NCBI RefSeq assembly: GCF_006345805.1
Contig: NC_042997.1
Span: 138,074,001-138,138,000 of the forward strand
DNA: 64,000 nucleotides
Source of the DNA: Octopus sinensis
Lineage: Eukaryota
Reading direction: 5' to 3'
Both the position numbers and the translations under genes were made by a program. Under the pieces are notes generated by a model that saw only the letters and a list, made by a program, of their open reading frames with translations, searched no databases and had not been told where the DNA came from. Positions 35,519 through 46,620 of the stretch are shown one piece after another (the first letter of the stretch is position 1; the number at the start of each line of letters is the position of its first letter).

Positions 35519-35727
35519 CAGGCAGTGACCTGAATAATAATAAGAAGAAGAATAACATTGGAAAAATACCTTAGGAATGAGAACACAGGTTTGAAATTCC
35601 CCTAGGACACCTGATGAAGGCTGGAGAATACATCAGCCGAAATGTGTTAACGACAAACAAGATGAGGACAATTATCCGTCAAATGTAAATAATGTACATA
35701 ATTCCTCATCTCTCAAATATAGAATTG
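35519..35727 (+). mobile_element. Family D element, copy Z (5'-truncated), inverted relative to copy Y
   Basis: GGCAGTGACCTG(AAT)n..CCTTAGGAATGAGAAC..HHR motif..(AAATAATGT)n tail. Confidence 0.7.
35607..35647 (+). ncRNA. Minimal type I hammerhead ribozyme motif (copy Z), core boxes intact, cleavage triplet deleted
   Basis: ACAC CTGATGA A GGCTG GAGAATACAT CAGCC GAAA T GTGT: CUGAUGA and GAAA flank a 5-bp stem II; stem I ACAC/GTGT. Confidence 0.55.
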
Positions 35728-37919
35728 TACACACTAAAAATATTGGTAGAATTGATCTACCATGACTTTTGCTACAGAGATGATAATCAGTTATTCTGGT
35801 ATCCAAACTAGGAAACCAAGAAGTAAACAGACAATTCAAAATGTCTTTGACTAACTATTATTGCACTGAGTGTACCAAACATAAACAATGATGAGTGCTC
35901 TACAGTGATGCAGGGCAAAGATGATGAGTGCTTCTTCATTATGGTCACTGCTTAGTAAGTGAAACCAGTAAAAGAACAATATAATTAATATTATCCTTTT
36001 TCTTTTACTTGTTGCAGTCATTAGACTGTGGCCATTCTGGACACCACCTTGAAGAATCTTAAGTTGAATGAATCAACCCTAGAACACTTTTTTTAAAACC
36101 TGGTACTTATTCTGTTAATCTCTCTTGCCAAACTGTTAAGTTACAGGGACGTAAACATGCCAACACCTGTTGTCAAGAGGTGACGAGGGAGGGGCAAACA
36201 GACACAATGACACATACACAGATATACAACAGGCTTCTTTCAGTTTCCATCTACCAAATCCACTCACAAGGCTTTGGTTGGCCTGAGGCTATAGTAGAAG
36301 ACACCTGCCCAAGGTGCCACACAGTGGAACCGAATCTGGAACTACGGGGTTGGGAAGCAATCTTCTTACCACACAACCACATTCTTAATATATATATTCT
36401 GACAGATCTGAGTGTTAATATCTGATTGCTGTTGTTTATAAAAGAAATCATACCTTCCTTTAGATAATGTGTGTTTATAACATGCATGTAACAATATAAC
36501 AAGTGCAAGTACACTTTGAGACAGTGATGTTTTGCCCTTGTTTGTCTCCTCAGACAAAGCTGCCCTACTATTGTTTGAATTCTTGCTGCTAGGAGTGCAC
36601 CTCATAAATGATTATCTGTTTGGCAGACAAGAGCACATATCAGTAAATAATTTGTTTGCTGAGCTCTATAAACAAAAGCTTGTGCTCATTAGATTCATCA
36701 ATCTGGCAAGATAAATTTGACTGAGGAGACACACAGTAAGGTCAAAACACCAGTATCTCTAAGTCCCCTTAAACCATTAGCCCCATTAGCTTTTAAGCTG
36801 GCCATATCCATCCCAAATATTCTACCTGTTGTATGTTCAAACTAGCCAGATCTAGCTTCTCACACATATCCTGCAATGTCATTCTAAAAATAAGCAATCA
36901 CATCATCAAATGCCAATGCTACAAGATGACGCATAACTAATTGAAAATGGTGTGAATAGATAAACATTACATTTGACACAGTAATCCGGATGCTAAAGGG
37001 TTGAACCAATGAATTGCTTGTTACAAACATGCACCGTCTAAAGGGAGGTGTTCCCTGATCACAAAAAACAACAGCAATCAAATATTTACATTTGAATCTG
37101 GCAGAACATATTAAGAATGAAAAGATACATTACTCTTTGGATTTTCATTGTTCTGCATCGAAGATATGGCTGTGTGGTTAAGAAGCTTGCTTGCCAATTG
37201 TGTGGTCTTGGGTACACCACTATAGCTTCAAATTGACTAAAGCCTTGTAAAGGGATGAGGTAGTCAGAAACTGAGAGTAGTAAATTATGTGTATATGTAT
37301 GTGTATACATGTGCATGTATGTGTGTTTCTGTGGTTGTGTACCATTGTCCAGACATCATAGGATGGTTGCAAGCTAGTGTAATTATCCTACAAACAAGGT
37401 TGTTCATTTCCAGTCTTCTGTGAAAAGTATGTCTAGCTATGGATATAGATGAAGGTTGGCAACAGGAAGGGCATCCACCCAAATAAAATCTGCTTCAACA
37501 AATTCCATTTGATTCATGCAAACATGGAAACAGGACGTTATGACCCAAAGAGAATGGGAAATGACAATTTAGGCATATCAGTAGGTAATTTTTTTTTTTT
37601 TCCGTTTTTCCCCTACGTCAGAGCAGGAAAGGCAATCTTTTTCAGGTCTTCTGTGACTGGTGGATGGAAAGAATGTTATCCTCAGATGTTTGCAATAAAG
37701 TGGACTCGATTTAAAGCACTTAGTGGCTAAGTGAATGGTGTGTTCTACCACTCAAAAACAGAAACGGTATCGACTGGTATTACAATTTCCATCTACCAAA
37801 TTTCATTCACAAGACCAAGGCTTTATTTGACATCAGACTATATTAACTAATCAACACAAACACAAGTAGATACAGAAATATAGTGCAATGCAACAATAAA
37901 TGAAAACAGTCAGTAACAA

Positions 37920-38700
37920 TAGAAGAAAAAAAACACGGATGATGGTAGATCATCGCCATTTTACGTTTGTTTTACGTACTGGTACGAACCGGACAGTTCG
38001 GAGGGCCACGTTACGCTCGTGCGTTTCACTTTGGGCTGGTTTCTACGGTTGGACGCCCTGCCTAAAACCAACCACTCTACAACGTTTACTGGGTGCATTT
38101 CATTGTCACCAGCACTAACGAAGTTGTCATATCTTCGAACCAAAGGATCCTTTCGGCCCTACGTTGTCTCCGCTAGTTCGCAAATCACAACATCGGCAGA
38201 ATGTATTAAACGTTAAGTTCACAATATCTCAATCACAAATCTATGATAGGAAAACGAAAGAATCCCATAGACACAACCTGAATATTTTGAACATATTTTC
38301 TAGCTAGACCAGAAAATGCAGCAATTCGATCAACATATTCCCGTGCTTTCAGAATGGACAAGGGCACTATTCATCTTAGTATGCAGTGCGGAGTGGAATC
38401 GTGGAATCAAGCTATGCAATTTCGAATTGTGAAGTGGTGCAATCGATGATGATGATGAATTATTTTCTCTCGGAGTATAGCTAATTTTGTAAGAAAAACT
38501 TTTAATCGATCCAATCGTCTTCTATATAAAATATGAAAGAATGCCCTTTCGTTGTTACTAATTTTAACGACGAATTAAGCACATCATGATAAACAATAGA
38601 ATAATGCGGTTCGTATTCATAAACAGGAGTGCTGTGATAATTTCATTTTTACTCTTTCCATGGACAGTAATTTGTTAAATAACATAGCGAACGATCCATC
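37920..38700 (-). promoter_or_regulatory. Candidate SF3B3 promoter / non-coding first exon region (CpG-retaining zone)
   Basis: The first coding exon starts at a splice acceptor, so an upstream non-coding exon is required. CpG density jumps here (about 39 CpG in ~780 bp by hand count versus about 4 in 36000-36800). A minus-strand donor-like CAG|GTTGTG lies at 38279. Confidence 0.45.
37955..38110 (-). mobile_element. RTE 3' UTR fragment (family A) with CpGs preserved
   Basis: GGTTTCTACGGTTGGACGCCCTGCCTAAAACCAACCACTC; gene-body copies read CTATGG/CTACAG..GGATGCCC at the same place. Confidence 0.6.
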
Positions 38701-40139
38701 TAGCAAATTGAGCCACAGCCAATTTAACTGATAAACAAAGAAACAAGCATTTCTCATTACCATAACAACATATATGTTGGTCTTTAATATTCACTTATGG
38801 AAAGACAGTTTTTCAAATTACCAGAAAATGCTTCAAAAGTTGCAAAAGAAAATCGATCACGATTGCAAATAATCGGAGATACTGAAGTCACATTACAAGA
38901 ACTATTGATGTAAATAAAAGTGTGTCTGGCCATGTGCTAATAATGTGCTTCACCTTCCTCTATATTTTGTTTGTGTTTAGATGCCGGAATTAATGTCTGT
39001 GTCATTGTACGTGTATTCTCTATTTATGATTAACATCTGTATACGTGAAATGCATAACTTTGAAAATGAAACAAATAATTAAGCATTAAAATTTATTCTA
39101 TATACAAAAATGAGCTTATTTAACCGAGATTCATATACTATTGGATGTAACACGTAATCAATACGATAGTATTGATGCAAAATATTAAGCACTTGACAAT
39201 TATTAACGTATGTATCAAGATAATTTTTTTGTTATTCATTAAAAACAATTTAAAGCTGCAGTTGTTATATAGTTTCATAATATAGTATATAGTTGATCAG
39301 TTTACGTATCATGCTTTCAACGACCATGTTAGAAAAAATGGTTGTATGCATATACAACCGGCAATTACAGTTTTAAGATAGACAAAGGATGCAAAATTAA
39401 GACAAAATAAGTCCTCTTACCTTGTTAGATAACAATGCTATTCATGGGGTAAATTAAAATATGATACCATAAAAACAATTAGAGGATTTTAACAGATTAT
39501 TTGAATAATTTTGATACATTGGATTGATATATCCGGGAAAATATGCAATTTTCAAACAATGAAGAGTGACAAGCAGCTTAACTCCCCTTTTTCATGGCGC
39601 GAATACATATTTGATTTCTTTGAGTCTCCTTCGAAAAATAATTATGTATGATCAATGTGATCGGCCAATTGTTATAAATGCATCATTCCTTCTGAATGCA
39701 TTTGAGTTTCCATGCAAATCCTTATTAAACTAATTTAAGTCGTCTTTTTCAATTCAAAAATAACCAGGAACTAATATAAAGCGCAACTCCAAATAAAATT
39801 CAATTATAAACTGAAAACTGGAGCTAGCTTTGTTTGAATAGACCTATATTCTAAGTCGCTCCAGTCATGTCCCGCCTGTCTTTTCAGATGTAACTAGCAA
39901 AACTTTATTCAATCTCTTTTCATAAGGTGTTGAGGGAGATTTGGTTGCTCTTTCTAACAGATCGAGTGATTTTATAGAGGTTGCGTAAAAAGTTGAAATT
40001 CTGATGAAATACAAAACATGGCACTAATATTAGGACGTTAGTTAAATATTACCCAAAGAAATTAAATTGGTTTTAAATTTTGACACTATCCCAGCAATTT
40101 CGGGGGAGGAAGTAAATCGATTACATTGACCGCCGTGCT

Positions 40140-41003
40140 AGGATCTTTTCTTTTTGAACGGCAGTTTTCAACACAATTTCTAGTTAACTAAACACTTTTA
40201 AACTTCGTATACTGGTAGAATGTGTCAAATAAAACATTTTTTCTCTTGGCTTTCTTGAGAAAATTGTAATTTGTAAGTTTAACGTAGTTTAATTTTTCGA
40301 ATTTTAACCAATCAATTGCCTCTAGTGAGCTAAAATCATTTGCTGCGTCTAAAACTGAGTCAACATCCTGTCACTAACCCTAACCCTAACCCTAAATTTT
40401 AGCCTTTCGTTTTTTTTTTTCTTAATTGTTAAATTAATTTAATTGTTACGCGTGTGTCTAAAATTATTCGTTTTGTTTCTGTTTTGAGTTTTGTTTTCGT
40501 TTTAGTCATTCGTTTTTTTTTTTCTTAATTGTTAAATTAATTTAAGGATAACAATTAAGAAAAAAAACGAAAGCAATGGAAAATAATTTAAACAATTAAC
40601 AAACAAAATAATTCTATAATTTTATACACACGCTTTCCGTACATATACATAACGAAAGCAAAAACAAAAACAAAACGAATAATTTTAGACACACGTGTAA
40701 CAATTAAATTAATTTAACAATTAAGAAAAAAAAACCGAAAGGCTAAAATTTAGGTGAGGGTGAGGGTTAGTGACAGGATGTTGTCTCAGTTTTAGACGCA
40801 GCAAATGATTTTAGCTCACTAGAGGCAATTGATTGGTTAAAATTCAAAAAATTAAACTACGTTAAACTTACAAATTACAATTTTCTCAAAAAAGCCAAGA
40901 GAAAAAAATGTTTTATTTTGACACATTCTACCAGTATATGAAGTTTAAAAGTGTTTAGTTAACTAGAAATTGTGTTGAAAACTGCCGTTCAAAAGGAAAA
41001 GAT
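40140..41003. mobile_element. Foldback MITE with ~340 bp TIRs, inserted into a family C SINE
   Basis: Arms ~40142-40490 and ~40660-41004 nearly identical in inverted orientation; direct repeat CGCCGTGCT at 40131-40139 and 41004-41012 (8-9 bp TSD, Mutator- or hAT-like); host SINE resumes at 41013. Confidence 0.9.
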
Positions 41004-41559
41004 CGCCGTGCTCAACTAGTACTTAATTTATCAATCTCAAAGGTTTGAAAGGCAACGTCAACTTCAGTGGAATTTAAACTCAGATAGTTTTAAGTCGGAC
41101 GAAATACCGAAAAGCACTTATGATTCTGTCTGTTCGCTGTCTTAACCGTAAGAAATTATATTGGCTTCAAATTTTGATACAAAGCCAGCAGTTTTGTGGA
41201 AGGGGTATAGTCGATTACATCAACCTCAGTGTTTCACTGGTACTTATTGTATCGACCCCAAAAGTATGAAAGGCAAAGTTGACCTCAGCGGAATTCAAAC
41301 TCGAAATGCAAAGTTTGACGAAATGCTGGCGTGCTATCAATTCTGCCAGCTCGTTGCCATGCCCCAAGAAATTGTATTAAAAAACAAAAGCAATTAATGC
41401 AGTCCTCAATGTTATTACAAGAGAATATTGTTAGGAATGAATGGGTTAAATGTTTATTTACACTAATGGTTCCCATGTCCTAAGAAGTATTTTGAGTAAA
41501 AGGTTTTCTTTGTGACATTGAGTTCTTGATGGTTCTTGGAAATATTTCATGCTATCTTC

Positions 41560-42184
41560 GGATCTTTACCTTTTGACCTACAGATTTAAAAAATAATTTT
41601 TTGTAACTAAACTTTCAAACTTCGGACACTGGTAGAATGTGTCATATAAAACATCTTTTACTCTTAGCATTTTTGAGAAAAACTTATATTTATGAAGTTA
41701 TTTCACGTTAAAGTTCTCGTATTTCGGTAATTTCAACCAATCAATGACGTGTATTCAGCTGAATAAAATTACTGACGTTGTTTGTCAACAACTATCAGCG
41801 GTGTATTTTTCGTTTGTCAGTTATTTATGACATCGTTCGTGCGTTTGTACTGGTTTTAAGGTTTTAGGGTTGGGGTTTTATGGTTAGAGTTAGGGTTTTA
41901 GGGTTAGGGTTAGGTTGTCATAAATAACAGTGACAAACGAAATACACACCGCTGGAAGTTCTTGTTGACAAACAACAGCAGTAATTTTATTCGGCTGAAT
42001 ACATGTCATTGATTGGTTGAATGAGAACTTTAACGTGAAATAACTTCGTAAATATAAGTTTTTCTCAAAAATGCTAAGAGTAAAAGATGTTTTATATGAC
42101 ACATTCTACCAGTGTTCAAAGTTTGAAAGTGTTTAGTTACAAAAAATTATTTTTAAAATCTGTAGGTCAAAAGGTAAAAATACC
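41560..42184. mobile_element. Second foldback MITE of the same TIR family, ~270 bp arms
   Basis: GGATCTTTACCTTTTGACCTACAG.. / ..CTGTAGGTCAAAAGGTAAAAATACC; shares AAACTTCG..ACTGGTAGAATGTGTC and AACCAATCAAT with the 40140 element; loop holds TTAGGG-like repeats; no TSD seen. Confidence 0.85.
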
Positions 42185-42708
42185 CAAAATGTAAAAGGTG
42201 CATCTATTCACTTGTATAATTTGTATAATCTGTCATTTACTCCCTATTCTTCTGAAGGCTTGGTTATGGAAATATTTGAGAATGTTTGACAAAGTTTCCA
42301 CAACTTTGAACTTGAATGTCATATAAGATGTCTCATAGAATAGTCGAACCCTTTTGTTACCATATTTCTCTTGAAATGCACCACCTTTCTTTCAATAAAT
42401 TTTGAAAATAATGAAGAATTTAATAAAATACATTTGTCATTATTAAACTGATTTTTGGACCATGAATTAACACAAAATGTTATGTGAGATTCTAAATCAC
42501 TTTTAAACAGGAAGTTGGTGTCAAACAACAAGGGGCAGTCTCAGGTGATTTGCTATGAGAAGGCTTAAGGTAGTGAGTGATATGTTTGTTGTTTAAGCTC
42601 TGGCCTTAATATGCCTGACACTTGCCCAAGGTGCTACACAGTGTGACTAAACCTCCAAACATACTTAGGGAAGCAAATGTCTTAACCACACAGCCTTGCC
42701 TATAAATA

Positions 42709-43277
42709 TCATCATCATCACCATTTAACTTCTGCTTTATATGCTGGCATGGGTTAGATGGTTTGAATGAAACTGGTAAGCTTTAGGGCTACACTAGGTT
42801 TCAGTCTAATTTGGCATGGTTTCTATGGCTGGATGCCCTTCCTAATGCCAACCACTCCAAGAATGTAACGGGTGCATTTTACATGCCACCAGCATGGGTA
42901 CCAGTTATGTGACACCAGCATCGGCCACGACTGCAATTTCACTTGGCTTGGTGGGTCTTCTCAAGCGCAGAATATTGCCAGAGGTCTTGGTCACTTATCA
43001 TTGCCTCCATGAGGCCCAATGTTTAAAGAGTGCTTTATACATGCCAGTTACATGACACTGGCATCGGCCATGACTACAATTTCACTTGGGTTGATGGGTC
43101 TTCTCCAGCATGGCATATCGCCAAAGGTTTCAGTAACTTGTCATTGCCTTCGTGTGTTCGTGTGGTCTTGGTAGCATGTCATCGCCTTCATGTGTTCAAA
43201 TGAAGATCATGCTTCACCACTTTGTCCCATGACTTCCTGAGTCTACTCCTACCACAGGTTCCCTCCACAGTTAGAGA
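42709..43277 (-). mobile_element. RTE LINE 3' end with duplicated UTR segment
   Basis: Family A tail at 42709 and ORF2 C-terminal codons at ~43200-43277; homologous to 51966-52520. Confidence 0.7.
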
Positions 43278-43603
43278 TTAGTCCTTGTGTGTGTGTAAAC
43301 TAATACATCTGTTTGTTGTTTGCACACCCATCTTCGTCTTTTGTTGTTGTTTTTTTTTGTAAATTCCCACTATATATATATTGCCATCTAAGAATACGTA
43401 AGTCAGGAAAAAATGGAAATCTATAAACATATACAGTCGGAAGCAAGGATGTTTAGTAAGAAGTTTGCTTCCCAACCATATGGTTCCAGGTTCAGTTCCA
43501 CTGGGTTGCACCTTGGACTTCTGCCATAGCCTTGAGCCAACCGAGGCCTTGTAAGCATATTTGATTCATGGAAACATACATCAAATGTATGTGTGTGTGT
43601 GTG

Positions 43604-43656
<53 letters not shown>

Positions 43657-43672
43657 TATATATAAATATATA

Positions 43673-44862
43673 TTGGGTCATCCCATAAATAATGTGGGGT
43701 TTTTTTCAATTGCATGAATTAAAAGTCGGAGGGGGATGGGATAAACTACCTGCATCAACTTGCTATAAAAGCAATAGTAATTTTACCTTGTACTTATTCT
43801 TAGTGCAAATTTTGAAGAGTACGGTTCGATTTTTTCAAAGCTATAATGGAAGTGACAAAGGAGCATATTTGGCATATTTTGCTTTATGATTTCAATAAAG
43901 GCAACAATGCAACAGAAAGTGCGAGGAATATTAATGCAGTATATGGAGATCAGACAATAAGTGTAAGCCAGTGTCAATGGTGGTTCCAGAAAGTCCAAGC
44001 CAGAAACTACAGCCTAGATGAGCCATGCCCTGGAAGACCAGTAGAGCTCAACAAGAACATCCTGCAAATCCTGGTGGAACAAAATCCCATCGTAACTGTT
44101 GAGAAAATTGCAAAGAAGCTTGGATTTGGTCATTCATTAACACCTGTGCTCCATCAGGAAAGTCAGCAAATTGTGTCAATGGGTTCCTCACAAACTAATT
44201 GCGTGCAGAGAGTGAATATGTACTCTTCTTTGCTGTCACATCTCACAAATGAACCTTTTTTAAACCAAATAATGACTAATGATGAGAAATGGGTTCTCTA
44301 TACAAATGTCAAATGCCCAAGACAGTGGGTAGGGAAAGGAGAATCACCAGCATCCCAGGCCAAAGAAGGTCTTCACCCATGTAAGGTGTTGTTATCAGTT
44401 TGATGGGATATAAAAAGTTTAGTCCACTTTGAACTTTTAAACCCAAACCAAACAATAACAAAGAAGATCTACTGTAAGCAGCTTGAGCAGCTTAAGTCAG
44501 TGCTAGAAGAAAAACGATCATTTTTAGTTTCAAGACAAAAAGTGTTCTTTCATCAGGATAATGTTCAGCCACATACAGCAAAGATGACATTCCAAAGGCT
44601 GGAGCAGTTTGAATGGGAAATGATGCTCCACCAACCATTTTCGGTGGACATTGCTCCATCTAATTATCATTTATTCCACAGTCTTCAAAATCATTTAGAT
44701 GAAATAAATATGAATTGTGTAGACAAGGTCAGAACAGTACTGGAAGAGTACTTTTTGTGGATAAGTGAATTTTGGAAGAGGAGCCTTGTAAGTCTAACAA
44801 ATAGATGGAAGAGCATTGTAGAAAATGAAGGAGAGTATATTTTAGATTAAAAAAGAACTTTG
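43673..44862 (+). mobile_element. Mariner DNA transposon (Hsmar1/cecropia-like), 3' TIR lost
   Basis: TA|TTGGGTCATCCCATAAATAATG 5' TIR in an (AT)n tract; transposase remnants; 3' end replaced by a MITE arm at ~44863. Confidence 0.9.
43846..44850 (+). pseudogene. Mariner transposase pseudogene
   Basis: HTH N-terminus, WVPHKL in a shifted frame (~44177-44195), DEKW, in-frame TGA at 44401, HQDN and PFSVDIAPSNYHLF (34-residue spacing), ends EGEYILD*. Confidence 0.92.
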
Positions 44863-45052
44863 GGCTCTTTACCTTTTGACCAGCAGATTTAGAAAATAAT
44901 TTTTTGTAACTAAACACTTTCAAACTTTGTATACTGGTAGAATGTGTCATAAAACATCTTTTACTCTTAGCGCTTTTGAGAAAACTTTATATTTACAAAG
45001 TTATTTCATGTTAAAGTTGCCGTATTTTGGTAATTTCAACCAATCAATGACA
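44863..45052 (+). mobile_element. Solo arm of the 40140/41560 MITE family
   Basis: CTCTTTACCTTTTGACCAGCAGATTT..ACTGGTAGAATGTGTC..TTCAACCAATCAATGAC matches the left arm of the 41560 element. Confidence 0.8.
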
Positions 45053-45082
45053 TAGCATACACTTAGTGAAATTCTCTCTCTC

Positions 45083-45990
45083 TGTTATATATAACATAAA
45101 TATGGACATAGCAGATAACAGCTAGTCTTTGGCCGCTTGGACACTGTTGTGTCCACTACTCTGATTGGTTGGTATTGGCGCAATTTGTCTCTTGCTCTAT
45201 TACGCGCCAATGTGCAACCCAACCAATCACAGCCTTCTGATAAGGTCCCGTGACACAGTCTTCTAAATCTCCATTGGAGCCTCCTAGTCTCTATGAAAGC
45301 TAGTTACAAAAACTGTATTTTGTCTTTGGTTCTAGACCTTCTAAGGTCTAACCACTGACCACAGAGCACACAGCCAGTTCCAGTGACAGACAACACCAGC
45401 AGTATTCAGGACCTCCATCTCTGTCGCCTTCATCTTAACAATGCTAACTACATCTCTATGTACACCGCAACATTCGCTCAGGTCAACTCCTCACTGTTTG
45501 TGAATGACTTCACCGTGGTTAACAGAAAGTACAACCTGTATCAAGTAACTGGCTCTGCATAGTAGCCACAACCATTTACATGACGTGCTTTAACCGGTGC
45601 TGAATTGTAGCCACAACTTCTTGTTACAACACTTCAACTATTGTGTGCCTTACTACGAACTGGTATTTATCTTCATTGTGTCTGAACTTCTAATGTTCTG
45701 TTACAGACGCTTTCTATGCTCTGTATTTTATCTCACACACATACACCCTTGTTTGTACACACATACATTTTATGTATGCATGATGGCCTGTCTATTATTA
45801 TTATTATTATTATTATATATGTACTTAAATAAAACCTTTCTCTTAACATTCTACGGTTGTGTCATCTTTCTTTTCCTTCTAGCACTCATACTCATTTATC
45901 CATTTTTGCTTTTATTGTAAGCGACTGTGCGGTGTATTAAAAGGAGTCATTCATTCGTCATCTCTCCTTCGCACGGTCGTTCTACACACA
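45083..45990 (+). mobile_element. LTR-like segment (possible solo LTR), ~900 bp
   Basis: Begins TGT and ends ACA; CCAAT-rich inverted repeat; AATAAA near 45827; higher GC and CpG than flanks; no TSD confirmed. Confidence 0.4.
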
Positions 45991-46408
45991 TTTCTTCAGA
46001 TATTGGTTCCAAATTTTGGTACAAAGCCATCCCCAGTGTTCAACTGGTACTTATGTTATTGAGCCCCAAAAGGATGAAAGGCAAAGTTGACCTTGGCCAG
46101 AATTTGAACTCAAAATCTAAAGACATGTTGCTAAGTATTTTTGACCAGCATGTTAATGATCTGCCAGCTTGCTATCTTACGTATTCTTCAGATATTAGAA
46201 ATTAATAACATAACTAAACAACTTTTGTTGGTATAGCTCTCAATTAATAATAGATGATACAAAGGAACAATTAAACGAGCAATTTGTTAAACTATGATGC
46301 ACTTTAGAATGTGGATAAGCCATTCTATAGTGTATAACACTATACAATAATTGGACAAGATTCATGATGGACATTTTTCACACAGTTCCTTTTCAGTACT
46401 ATTTAGCT

Positions 46409-46620
46409 CAGTGTTTCTCAACCATTTTTTACCTATGGACTCCTTTTTATTCCTGTTTTACTCAAGTGGGCCCTCATAACCAATCGATATTTTAGAAATC
46501 CTATTATATTTTTATTATTGAATATTATTAGGAATTGGATTAAAAATTATTGAAATATTTTGTGCATTTAGGTGTATAATGACCCCTAGGGTCATTATAG
46601 CTCCTAGTTGAGAATGACTG
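46409..46620. mobile_element. hAT (Charlie-like) MITE
   Basis: CAGTGTTTCTCAAC / GTTGAGAATGACTG termini; subterminal palindrome TATAATGACCC-CTA-GGGTCATTATA; degenerate 8 bp flanks ATTTAGCT / ATATAGAC. Confidence 0.65.

Noticed and set aside
44590-44680. Mariner third catalytic residue reads N (D,D34N), as in domesticated SETMAR
   Set aside because: The copy has frameshifts, an in-frame stop and a lost TIR; a single G>A change in a dead element is the simpler explanation.
45597-45920. Hydrophobic 107-aa ORF
   Set aside because: Low-complexity T-rich and (ATT)n sequence within the LTR-like segment; starts at a non-ATG codon; no homology recognised.
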